Positions 1 through 11,223 of a DNA stretch of 32,483 bases are shown in pieces. Both the position numbers and the translations under genes were made by a program. Numbering within the stretch: position 1 is the stretch's first letter; each line of letters begins with the position of its first letter. The DNA is taken from the NCBI RefSeq assembly GCF_001194135.2, contig NC_068983.1:140625384-140657866 (forward strand), read 5' to 3'. The notes below the pieces were generated by a model. It did not search any database and was not told where the DNA came from. It was given only the letters and a program-made list of their open reading frames with translations. The DNA comes from Octopus bimaculoides (taxonomy: Eukaryota).

Positions 1-10
1 TATACATATA

Positions 11-173
11 TACGATGGCTTCTTTCAGTTTCCGTCTACCAAATCTCATCACAAGGCTTTGGTCAGCCCGAGGCTATAGTAGAAGACACTTGCCGAAGGT
101 GCAATGCAGTGGGACAGAACCCGAAACAATGTGGCTCGTAAGCAAGCTGCTCACCATCCAGCCACTCCTACAC
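11..173 (-). mobile_element. tRNA-derived SINE, 5' half (head plus CORE-like segment) running into a microsatellite at the window edge
   Basis: Minus strand shows A-box-like TGGCTGGATGG (154-164), B-box-like GGTTCTGTCCC (111-121) and CCTTCGGCAAGTGTCTT. It aligns by eye with the copy at 31160-31317. Confidence 0.7.
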
Positions 174-645
174 ATACATATATATATAAATCTTTTTATT
201 TCTTCATTATTATTAGCGCTTTCGTTCGTTTCTCGAACTTGTCAAATAAAATTTTGTGAATGTACAAACAGCTTGTTCATTTATATAAAACAGGTGGTTT
301 TTTTGGGGGGGAGGGGTTGTTTAGAAGAAAACTTTGTTTTTGTTTTTGGGGTGAGGTTCCATTGACAATGGAGTTAGATACGTAGATAGAAATATAGGTG
401 GATAGGCTAAAAAATATATATACAGACAAATATATAGATAGATGGATACATAGATAGGCAGACAGATAATTAGATGGAGAGAGAGAGAAGAGGAACCCCT
501 TCCTATTCACCATATATTTATTCATTTACCATTGTACTGATATGGGTTTAAAAAAACAGGTGCAGTGTGGTCTTCACTCAAAGTCTTTTTTCTTACTTTC
601 TGTCTTCCCCTCGTTTCCTCTTCTTTCCTTCTTTTTTCCTCTTTC

Positions 646-736
646 TTTGAGTTATATGTAGAATACAAAATGTACTGTGTCCCCTTTTCTTTCGAACATT
701 GAGTTTCAGAGAGAATTTTTTGAAGAGATGTAGTTC
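646..736. repeat. Degenerate dispersed repeat, copy 1 of 3
   Basis: TTTGAGTT...TAGAATACAAAATGTACTGT..TCC.CTTTTCT..C.AACATT is shared with 2560-2651 and more loosely with 2167-2238. Confidence 0.6.
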
Positions 737-805
737 TGCATGAAAAAACAACATTAGCATAATATTTGCAAATTAAAAAATTTTAAAGGAATAAATAAAT
801 AAAAT

Positions 806-808
<3 letters not shown>

Positions 809-852
<44 letters not shown>
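809..852. repeat. (TA)n microsatellite
   Basis: Seen directly; abuts the left arm of the inverted repeat. Confidence 0.95.
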
Positions 853-853
<1 letters not shown>

Positions 854-854
<1 letters not shown>

Positions 855-1558
855 ATTTAGTGAATGGAGTAAAACGCATATGTTAACTGCATACTTCTAT
901 TTCCAACATATGTTTCAAAAATTACAAATTATACCTTCCATAGGAATCGGTGATGTTAAAAATGTAATCTTCTGTTCAGGGAAATGCATGCGAACCAGCT
1001 TAAACGTAAAACATTTTAACCGAATATGAGAACTGTAGTTGGAGAAGGTTGTTACGTAATTTATTTGAAAAAGCCGTTGGAGATTAGGACGCTACCAGAC
1101 AGTACGTTGGACAAGAAGGGAAGAAAAAAGGAAAGAAAAATAGAAAGAAAATTCAGAGTGTAAAGTTGGGAGATAATAAGATGATTTAAATCCGATAAAA
1201 AATCGGAGAGGAATGTTATGTAAATAATGGGATCGTAAATGGGAGTTAAGCTTGTATTTCTACAAAAAGTGCTGAGATAAATGTGTATAATCATATATTG
1301 TCCAACGTACTGTCTGGTAGCGTTCTAATCTCCAACGGCTTTTTCAAATAAATTACGCAACAACCTTCTCCAATTACAGTTCTTATATTCGGTTAAATTG
1401 TCTTACGTTTAAGCTGGTTCCCATGCATTTACCGGAAGAGAAGATTACATTTTTAACATCACCGATTCCTATGGAAGGTATAATTTGTAATTTTCGAAAC
1501 ATATGTTGGAAATAAAAGTATGCAGTTAACATATGCGTTTTACTCCATTCACTAAATT
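854..1558. repeat. Long inverted repeat / foldback element: 261-bp arms (854-1114, 1298-1558), 183-bp spacer
   Basis: Manual alignment gives 12 substitutions and no indels (~95% identity). TA-rich sequence flanks both ends. Confidence 0.92.
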
Positions 1559-1844
1559 TATATATACTCAAGTACCCAAAATAACAAGGAGTTTCTACCT
1601 CATAAACAGGAGTTACACCACAGTCATTTTGTGATCTTTGCTACCCTGGTATCTATTAACCAATTTATTTTGTCCGACTTATTTATTAATTGGGAGAAAA
1701 TAAATACATATAAGATATNNNNNNNNNNNNNNNNNNNNNNNNATATATATATATATATATATAATTAACAGAACCGTGTTGTACACGTGCCCCATTCGTG
1801 GGGAACAACAAGTATACGATTCTGAGAATTATATTTATTTAACG

Positions 1845-1910
1845 GTCTGTACTGATGAGAAACAGATATTTTCGGTAAGAAAATGTTAATTTCGAAACTA
1901 GTTTACAGAT
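1845..1910 (+). ncRNA. Minimal type I hammerhead ribozyme
   Basis: Stem I GTCTGTA(1845-51)/TACAGAT(1904-10); core CTGATGA (1852-58). Stem II GAAA/TTTC plus ATATTTTC/GAAAATGT, closed by G10.1-C11.1. GAAA at 1894-97, palindromic CTAG stem III, GTT cleavage triplet at 1901-03. Confidence 0.8.
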
Positions 1911-2069
1911 AATGGTATATATTTATGTAATTTTCACTTGTCTTACCCGCATACGTTTTTGTTACTTCCCTAAATTTCCTTTGAGAACAATTCGGTCTTA
2001 GTAGTCACATTACATGTGATCTTCTTCTAGCATATTAACAGTCCACCTAGTGGGCTCCCTTATATATAT

Positions 2070-2111
<42 letters not shown>

Positions 2112-2233
2112 GCAAAGCTAGAACACCCCAATGCTACTTGAACATTTGTAGATATGAGTCACATTTGGAATAAAAATGCAAATTCTCCGCTTTACTTTCA
2201 AACATTCAATTTTGGAGAGAATTCCTTGATGAA

Positions 2234-2379
2234 GTGTGTATGTGTGAGTGAGTGTGTGTGTGTGTGTGTGTGTGGGTGTGTGTATGTATGCGTGTGTGTG
2301 TGCATGTATGTGTGTGTCTGCATGTATGTGTGAGTGTGTGCATGTATGTGTGTGTGTGCATGTATGTGTGTGTGTGTTT
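2234..2379. repeat. Compound (TG)n/(TGCATGTA) microsatellite
   Basis: Seen directly; it generates the spurious His/Thr and Val/Cys ORFs. Confidence 0.95.
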
Positions 2380-3882
2380 GTAAACATATCCATGTTTATA
2401 CTGCGTAACTTCGATCACGCCTCTTTCAATTTCATGTTTTTGTATTAGAGAACATTAGTATAACACTTATAAACTAGAGAAACATGCAAAGCTCAGAACA
2501 TCTCAATGCCACATATATACATCAGAATATTTATAGAGATAAGCATTATGTTTCCTACATTTGAGTTTTATTTAGAATACAAAATGTACTGTCTCCGCTT
2601 TTCTGTCAAACATTAAATCTTGGAGATAATTTTTTTTATGAAATGTGGTTCCATTGCCTTCGGTATTGCGGATCGTCCCCTGCTCATTTGTAAAAGGGAA
2701 AAAATTTGAATTCTCCGTCGCTGTATATTTCCAGATGCATACTTAATGAAATTTTACGTAATTCTTCTAGTCGGATATGTCACCTGTGGATTCTCGCACG
2801 TTACGCCAATGTATTTGTCGTTGCAGTTTGGTCAGGTAATGCAGTATATTAGGTTTTGCGTTTTGCAGGTCATATCTGCATTTATATATGTATGCATGTA
2901 TGTGTGTGTGTGTGTACGTGTATTTGTGAGTGAATCTATCTATCTGTCTATCTATTTAATATATCAATCTCTGTCTCTCCCTCCTTCTCTCTCCTCCATT
3001 CTGTAAAATGTGCTTCTGACATATTTCGAAATAATTACAACTATCCGTGTATTTATCGTTTGTTTCGGGTGATAATTCGATCTGAGGTCTTTTACACTTC
3101 CGTCCAAGTGAAAATATCACTGCTTAACTTTCCCAGACAACATGGCTGCAATATCCTTTAAGATGTTGCTCTGCATTTCAATTCTATAATAGTGTTAACA
3201 ATATTTATAAAACTCTTCAGAATTCATAACGTTATCACATGTTAGAAATCAATGATTATAACATCAACCTAGTAAGGCAAAGGAAATTGAAAAGCCTCTC
3301 TTATTATCATGTTAAACGAAATGACGTAAATTTCACCTCTGATGGCATTCCCTTTATACGCATTACATGCGAATCATAACGCAGCAATGTTTTATTGTAC
3401 TACTTCGTTCTAAATTAAACCACGTAATATCGCTGCTAATTAAAGTTTCACGTGAACAATGCGTCCGGAATCGAAAGATTGTCCTTCCTTTTCCCGAGAT
3501 ATCAAATAAAACATTTAAAACGAAAGCTAAGAGCAATCAATAAAACGTTTTAACTCAAGTGATATCCGCATTCAATTGGATATTTTTTTTTTTTTTTTTC
3601 AATATTAAACATGTTAATTCCAGGAAATCACCAATAGAAAAAGGAAAAAAGTCTGCTGTTATTGCGCACAGAAGCCATTTTTGATTTTTATTCTGTACTG
3701 TGGCCTTACAAATATTTGCTTCCATGAAACTCTGTCATTATATTGGCAATAATAACTTCAATGCACATCTGTGTTCATTTTGTTATTGAACTGGTGTTAC
3801 AAAGTAATATTCGGTAACCAATTAATTGTTTTCAATCCTTAAAATTTTTATAAGTCATGATTTCAGACGTAGTTATTTATTA

Positions 3883-3884
<2 letters not shown>

Positions 3885-3975
<91 letters not shown>
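3885..3975. repeat. (TTA)n microsatellite
   Basis: Seen directly; it generates the poly-Leu ORF. Confidence 0.95.
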
Positions 3976-3979
<4 letters not shown>

Positions 3980-4286
3980 CATTTTATTGTGTTGTACTTC
4001 TATTTATAATTTGTAATTAAATTTGAATTGCTTGAATATGAGGATTTCCGACTCCAAGGATTACCTGAACAAAGTGTAATATCAATGAACATCATGTAAA
4101 CGCTTGTACAATGCATTCATGTAAAATCTTTTAAAGTCGTACACGTTGAGTTCCTTTGTTTTAAATAAATACACGCAGAGATAAAAATCATTTACAAAAG
4201 TGACAACCGTACTCGAAAATTGACAATAGATAAAATCATTCCTAGGGTGTAAAAATATTTAATTGTAATAACCAGTTCGTGTAAAC

Positions 4287-4559
4287 CAGTGGTTCCCAAA
4301 GTTGGTGGTGTTGTCCCCCTGGGGCGGTGGAAAGTTCCAAGGCGTGTTGAAGAGAAGTGGGGTGATAATGGGGTAGCGGTTCATGTAAAAACAACAAAAT
4401 AATAGGTTCATTAGGTAATTTTTTTATTTCTGAAATGCAAATGCTTTGAATTTGCTTCAGAAAAGGTCTATGTTTCTGATGGTTAGTTGGTGTGGGGGCG
4501 CTAGCAATATAGCCTGGATGTCAAAGGCGTGGCAGCCCGAAAACATTTGGAGATCTCTG
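4287..4559. mobile_element. hAT-type MITE (273 bp)
   Basis: Starts CAGTGGTTCCCAAA and ends TTTGGAGATCTCTG (degenerate TIR). It is flanked by 8-bp GTGTAAAC (4279-86) and TTGTAAAC (4560-67), the TSD length typical of hAT elements. Confidence 0.75.
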
Positions 4560-6903
4560 TTGTAAACCTTCTATTTATCTATGTAATGGAAGCAGGAATG
4601 GGTGCATTTTTAAATGTTCGTTTCGTAACTATATTATTCACGATTTTATTGTTACCGAGGGATTTGCTCGAGTGTCCACTATAGTAGACTCAACGAGGCC
4701 ACTGCTTTTCTGGGTCACTGCTTTTCGACAGAAACTACGTAGAAATTCGTAGGTATGTTTAAAGATCAGTACGGTAATGTATTATCTAAAATTGTAACAT
4801 CACACGTTACCAAGAAAATTTTCTGATATACAATGCTTAAATCTGATAGAAAAGTAGTAGGGACTGCATTACTCACGTTCGTTTTGAGGTTTCTGAAATG
4901 AAATGGATGGGTTCATTCAACGGGCGTTTAATTTCTGAAATTTCAATTTATAACTTACATGCCTTGAAAACAAACGAGCTAAGATAATACTAATCCCCTT
5001 CGTGTTGAGTTGTTATATATCAGAACCTCAACACGTGGGAATAGTAAATCAACCAAGAATATATGATTTATATTATTCCTTGTTATCGGTAGGAAGATGC
5101 AAACACTAATCATCAGACAGTTTGTTTGCTGAAAGTATGAATACAGCCAGCGAATTTATCTAATCTCAAAGTTCCGTCTGTATCTCTCTGACTAGAAGCA
5201 GCATGTTGAGACACTGGTGTCCAGAATGTATTGCGCCAATGACATGAATGTGTTGAACACATTGTTTTCTAAAAGAACTTATTGTCTTAATACATACACT
5301 ACACCATCCAGCACATTATGCCTCTGATTCTGCCAGGACAGACATTTTCAGAACATGTAAATATTCATTACAAATTTCTCTGTAAACGGTACAAATAACG
5401 AATTTTACNNNNNNNNNNNNNNNNNNNNNNNNNNNNNNNNNNNNNNNNNNNNNNNNNNNNNNNNNNNNNNNNNNNNNNNNNNNNNNNNNNNNNNNNNNNN
5501 NNNNNNNNNNNNNNNNNNNNNNNNNTATATATATATAATTAATAATAATAAACGAAGAAAAGAACGCAAGATGGCACAACAACACGAGGACGTGGTGCAT
5601 GCAAGATATTAAAAGATGCTCTGGAAAAGAAAGAAAGGGAGTTTACGTTTCGAGAAAAGTTCTTCTTCAGAAACAGGAGATAGAGGAAAGTCTAAGAGAG
5701 AAGGAAGACGGGAGAAAAATCGCCAACAATGCACAGTATATCCAAGCGTGTACCGTACAAGGGCTCTGTTATAATCCGGATTCTGACTAAGCACATCGAG
5801 TTGTAAGATGCACCTTGGATTAATTAAGCTAAGAAATCCCGCACTAATTCATCCGATGGATAAATCTTGGGTTCACTTCACTGGATTGCAATATCCAAAA
5901 TAGTTACAATGATTACAGAGATTAGTTTATACTGCCAATCGTACAGCACATTTAGTTGAAATTTGTCCTACGTAAGTTTCTGCTGCAGTGAAAGCTAGGT
6001 ATTGCATTTGCATCCTGCTTATTTTGACTGGTTGGCAGACTATGCAACTTTATTCAAGGTCCGTCCATAAATGTGATCTGGTGACATCGAATATCTCTTT
6101 ATATTTCAATTACTTTAACCTACAGAAAACTGGAAACATAAAGTATCTTGCTTCGCAAAAACATTCTTGAGAACGATAGCAATAACATTTCAAAGTGTAA
6201 AACTTTTGTCAATGAATATAGATCTGCTTTCCACAGCGTACATGTGTGGTAGTGTTTACATTTGAGAAGGTATAACAATATACGGACAACCAGAATTTCA
6301 AGTAGCATTTTATTTATGCTTACATGAGTACTCATGAGTATATCAACAAAATTATCGTGTATAATTCATGGTGTTTTGCGCCAAACAGTGACAATTCAGA
6401 CACTATCTTATTTATTCATTTTAATACATCCTGGCAGATTCGACCCTCCGGTAGCGAACAATAACCGCGATCATACACTGAATTCTATCTCCTTATGCCA
6501 ATGATTCGTTGCCTTGAGTTTCAATGCATATCATGAGTACACGATAAATTACTGAGGCGCATATAATCACTACAGACATCCCTACATCTCACTCAAGCAT
6601 ATCAAATATTAATTGGTTAAAACCCATAAAAGTAGACTAAAACGAAAATCACTTCAAATTAATTGTCTATAAGCATTTCGTTTGTGAAACGGATATAAAT
6701 GGAGGACTGAGTTATATTTTACGCCGAATTGTGGTATATAATTCATGTGGGGATACGAGAAACAGCGAATATACAAACAGTATCCATTCTTAATACAGAT
6801 TCGAGCATCAGACAGCCAATAATAATCACGATCATATATTCAGCTACGAAACTGCCATAACGTATCAATTGGGAATACATTATTATTTCGATTGTCACTT
6901 GAA

Positions 6904-7126
6904 GGCGGTGTGCTGGTAAAATGGTTAGCAACCTGGGCGAAATGTTTAACAGTATTTCGTCTGTATTTACGTTCTGAGTTCAAATTCCGCCGAGGTCGAC
7001 TTTGCTTTTCATCCTTTCGGGGTCGATAAATTAAGTAGCAGTTGCGTACTGGGGTCGATCTAATCGACTGATCCACTCCTATAAAATGTCATGCCTTGTA
7101 CCTGTAGTAGAAAAGAAAGGATTATT
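6904..7126 (+). mobile_element. tRNA-derived SINE, full length
   Basis: A-box-like TGGTAAAATGG (6914-24) and B-box-like GAGTTCAAATT (6976-86). The central GTCGACTTTGCTTTTCATCCTTTCGGGGTCGATAAA resembles a conserved SINE central domain (Meta-type, from memory). AT-rich tail. Confidence 0.8.
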
Positions 7127-8535
7127 TGGATTGTCATCTTATGAGTTATTATTCGTTTTGTTCATATTTTTATTGATCAGTAGATAGTTTGATGATTTGT
7201 ATAAATATGATCTCGTGCTTTTGTGATTTCCATTGGTCTAAGATAGCTTCGACTGCAATGCATTAGATTTAGTATTGATATTATATAGTCTTTATTGAGT
7301 TAAAATGATCACTCTGTGTTTAGATTTAGGTGGGTTGGTAACTAGGTTTTTCTAGCCGCTTGTTAAGGAAAGTCTTTATGGAAAAAAGTTTAAGTGAATA
7401 AATTTTGGGTTATGTTATTGTTTAGAAATCATTCATGCATTTGAATTTAGTAAAGAGACTCTGGAAGTTACCTAACATTGGAGGATCACATGTGTTATGA
7501 ACATATCGCTGTAAGGGAGATATTTCCAGAATGCTGAATAATAGCAGAGATAAGATACGTTCCAAACTGGCAGAACGTATTAAGAATTAAGAGATTCGTT
7601 ATAGTCTAGCATATGATTTCTACTCAAAAGATATTTTCAATGATTTTCCCTATCTACTCGCTCCCCTTATTTCGAACACTCTTATTATGACACATATTTT
7701 TAATTTAATAATTAAGTCATTATATTGGTTTGGGAATTATTATATAGTGGAAGACTGAGAATGCCAGAATATCACATCCAACAATTTTTCTCACCTACTA
7801 GTAAAATATACCCGAGGTTTAGAAACATTATATTTACCATAAATACGGTATTTCGACTACAAGACAATCTGATTCTATTCCGATAAATAATTCATTAATA
7901 TCTGATGCGTAATTCAAAGTAACATGTGTCTCTAACAAAACATTTCAAATTGTTATGACACAATATAGACGGTAAAAAACTTATTTGAAAAGCAACGTTA
8001 ATCATTGACCAAAGTACCATATCAAGTTTTCTTCACCAGATGATTTGTGTTCAGGATAAAACAAAATAACATTACTTAAGTATCAAAATACGCACACGCA
8101 CACGCGTGGTCTGCACTCACATACTCACACACACGGACACACACGCACGCACACGCATTCGCATATATATAAACATACGCGTACACACGCGCACACGTAT
8201 ACACACAGGCATACACCTACGCACGCGCGCGCACACGAAAATCCGGATCGTGCCATTTCAATTCAAAGCATTGGAACATCAATGTTGACATTTAGCTAAG
8301 TAGTAAGTGCACATTTTATGTACTATAGGAGGATGTAAAAAGGAAGTTGCTAAGGTAATATTCAATATATATATATATATATATGGAAAATAAAAGTTGA
8401 GTATGCACTGAGAATAGTTAAAATATTTTTTATTAATATATTATATTTACAGCTTCAACCGGTTTCACAGTTTACACTGATTTTCAAAAATTTCAAATAG
8501 AAAGATGCAGATTATATCGCGGCTGTCTTGCTTCT

Positions 8536-10401
8536 GAATTTCTTTATTTGGCACCAAGGCCATAACATAGAGGGGACAGCACAAGGACAGACAGAACACT
8601 TACTGTGGAGACATAAAACATAAAGCGAATGAAAATGAAAAAAGATGTATAATGAAATGATAATGAAATGGTTGCATTGAACCCCAATTCTTCAGCAGTA
8701 CCGTTTTACTGTTAATTTATACAAGCTATGACAGTATTCGTTTTTTTCTTCTTTTTAAATCTTTTTTCCCGTTTTTGTTTTTTAAATTAAAATCTATTTC
8801 CTTTTTTCTTTTTTTTCTCCTTTGTTAAAAAGTCTATTTCTTTTTCCTTCTCTTTTAAAGTACTCCTTTATTACCATTCATTAGATGTATTAACTCCTCG
8901 TATGTAATTACTTTTGGTAGTTCTTCAAATTCAATTTCGTCCCTCAAAGGGTTCACATCACCTTTAAATAGTTCTTTTAACCCTTTATACCTTTCCTTGT
9001 CAATCATCACTCCCTTTATATGTTTAGGGTAACATTCAGCTGGTAATTTAATCCTTATGGCACCTTTAAACCTCTTTATTTCCTGCTCTATGGCGGTACT
9101 TTTTAAATATGTTACTACATGCTACCTTTTCTTCTTGGTATTTACTTGTTTATGCCCCAGACCTGAACTGTCTAGTCATTTCCTTTGGTTCCTCCATCTG
9201 TACATAACCACAATCGTCCACCATTATATCCTCCACTGTATGCTCTGATACCACTGCTGGTATATCTACTCAGTTCCTCTATACCTCCGCTATTTTCTCC
9301 TCTACGTCCTTCTTTTGCTTTGATTCTCTGTCGGAGAGCTCCCCCACTCCTTTCTATTTCCCTTATTTACAACAATAACTGTTTCCTCTTTATTTTCCTC
9401 TATTTCCGACCCGTCCACTTCGGCGGGCTGCTCTTGTTGTTCCTCTACTTCACTTTCTTGCTGAGGGCACTTTGCTTTCATGTGCTTTCATTACATAAAA
9501 AAACATGCTGGAGGTCTTCCCTCCACAACCACTCTTAGCGTAATGTCTTCTGGTAGAAGAATCTCTTCTACAATTACATGTAGCTCTTTTACCCCAACTT
9601 GAATTGTGATTTGTAGACCGTGGCCCCAACAATTAACTTCCTTAATTCTGGTTATCTTCAGAATCCTTGCATCTTCCTCCATGCTGCCACCAGTCATGCC
9701 TCTTCGATCTCGGGGGGCACTCTGTCGACTCTCACTCTGGCAATACGTTTGCCACAGTACATCTGCAGCAGCACCCACTCTTGTGTCCTTATCGGCTCAG
9801 TGGAGTGGTTAATAGTGCCCTCCTCGTTGGAGAACCTAACCTCCACTGTTCCGTTTTTTTCTTCCACGTGTATAGAAGGCGGTTAATCCTTTCACGTCAC
9901 GTAGACATTCCTCAATTGCCGCTATTGGTGCAATCTCCATTTTTTTGGTAGCGGTTGATAACGTCCTGTACACAAGGGTTTTCCTTGCTACATTTTTCAT
10001 CTCTTCTTCTGGTGGAGTCAGCTTTAAGCTGGCCCCTTCTTTTGTAATATTTTTTTTTCTTTTTTCCGTTCTTTGTGTCTATTTTTATCTAACGAACTAC
10101 AAGGGTGTTGGTCGTAATACCTTTTGTGTATGCGGATGCATAACTTGCGATACCTTCCATTTCTTTTCCTTTTCCCACTTCACCCATAATAGGGAAGAAA
10201 CAATTTTCAAAAACAGGCTCACACAACGACAGAAATTCAACAATTTAACAATTCCACATTTTAAAAATTTAACTGATCCTGGTTCACCCGTTCGAGGAAA
10301 CCTACAACAATATATAATAACAGTATATAACAATTTAACTCACGGTCTAACGAAATCAACACCAACACCCAAAAATTGCGAGGCGATTCTCATCAAGATG
10401 G
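8536..10401 (-). mobile_element. Tx1/L1-like non-autonomous LINE carrying ORF1 only (5'UTR-ORF1-3'UTR), 1866 bp
   Basis: Perfect 9-bp flanking duplication CTTGCTTCT (8527-35 and 10402-10). The 5' end begins CCATCTTG and the 3' end has AATAAAGAAATT. No endonuclease or RT sequence lies between ORF1 and the tail. Confidence 0.75.
8855..10187 (-). pseudogene. Frameshifted LINE ORF1 (gag-like nucleic-acid-binding protein with CCHC knuckle)
   Basis: Joined frames read MGEVGKG...TVEVRFSNEE...YCGKRIARVRVDRVPPEIEEA*LVAA...RVVVEGRPPAC and, across a frameshift, an inferred CX2CX4HX4C-like knuckle, then an acidic linker and a C-terminus ending ...LMNGNKGVL*. Homologous to ORF1 at ~20100-20500. Confidence 0.7.
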
Positions 10402-11173
10402 CTTGCTTCTAACTACAGTTTGAAGCTTTCCCTATTTTTATAGGGAGTTCATGGCTCATGTTAGTATATGTTTTGAATGGGATTTTATTGGTAGAGGATA
10501 ATCACATAACCGGTCTTGGAAATTTTTGTAGGTTCCCAGCTCCAAGCACTAGGCAGGAGCAAGACAGTTGCGACATTAGCAACATCTTTTTATTTGAACG
10601 TTTTAGAAATCAGTGTAAACTGTTAACCAGTTCAAGCTTTAAATATATAAACAAAAGATATTCTAAATATTATTAATGCATTTTCAACTTCTATTTTTCC
10701 TATAATTTCTACCCGTGTGGAATAAAATAGGAGTATTGAATGAATGCGTACCAGAAGTGAAATACAGTCATACATGGTGTTGATTCGCTCGAGTACACAG
10801 GTCAAGGAGTTGATCCAGCATGACCTCAGCCCAGTCACTCAAAGAACTAACGAGTTGGCAAAATTAAAAATGTCATCTTTGCATTTGGTGAAAATGCATA
10901 CACACACAGGTACATATACGCGCACACACACACACACATACGCACACATACTTATATATAATATACAGGTATAATAATGTTTGATTGTATCTCAAGTTAT
11001 ACTACTACATTAATTTAATCTGAATGATTACTCCAAACATTAGTAGAGCGCAAATTCATTAGTTTTTCATAAGTATTGACAGTGACTTCAAATTTCCGGC
11101 AAGCTAACCAAACACTGTACGATTCGATAATGGTTTAGCTTCGAATTTCCTGCCAGTAGTATCCTTGTTAACG

Positions 11174-11223
<50 letters not shown>

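Larger units (their letters stand above)
8383..10702. repeat. Old foldback element: ~150-bp inverted arms (~8383-8535 and ~10555-10702) interrupted by a LINE-derived insertion
   Basis: The reverse complement of the left arm aligns with the right arm (CAG.AGCAAGACAG, AAATCAGTGTAAACTGT, TGCAT..TCAACTT), roughly 70-75% by eye. The left arm starts at a (TA)n tract. Confidence 0.7.

Noticed and set aside
1464-1513. GAAA-CATATG-TT hammerhead-like 3' half in the foldback arm
   Set aside because: The upstream core reads CTATGGA, needing two indels to become CTGATGA, and the stems are weak.
2771-2835. Possible small exon (TTCTTCTAG acceptor, CAG|GTAATG donor)
   Set aside because: No recognisable protein similarity and no partner exons; needs RNA-seq.
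5641-5675. Minus-strand CTGAAGA...GAAACGTA
   Set aside because: Stem II is out of register and stem I is only 2 bp; consistent with chance.
5540-5820. TATAATCCGG / TAAGATGCACC words reminiscent of pogo/Tc2 ends
   Set aside because: No matching second terminus or TSD is visible (a gap is adjacent).
7140-7620. Possible very old retroelement remnant on the minus strand (YVLPVWN; NNNIT.KFIHLNF)
   Set aside because: Too degenerate to assign to CR1/L2 or Penelope without a profile search.
8455-8495. Minus-strand GAAA-CCGG-TT after a CAGT-GTAA-ACTG hairpin
   Set aside because: The core is TTGAAAA, stem I does not form, and the motif is not kept in the partner arm.
10800-10845. Short match to the SINE 3' segment (CCAGCATGACCTCAG)
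   Set aside because: Too short to call as a separate element.
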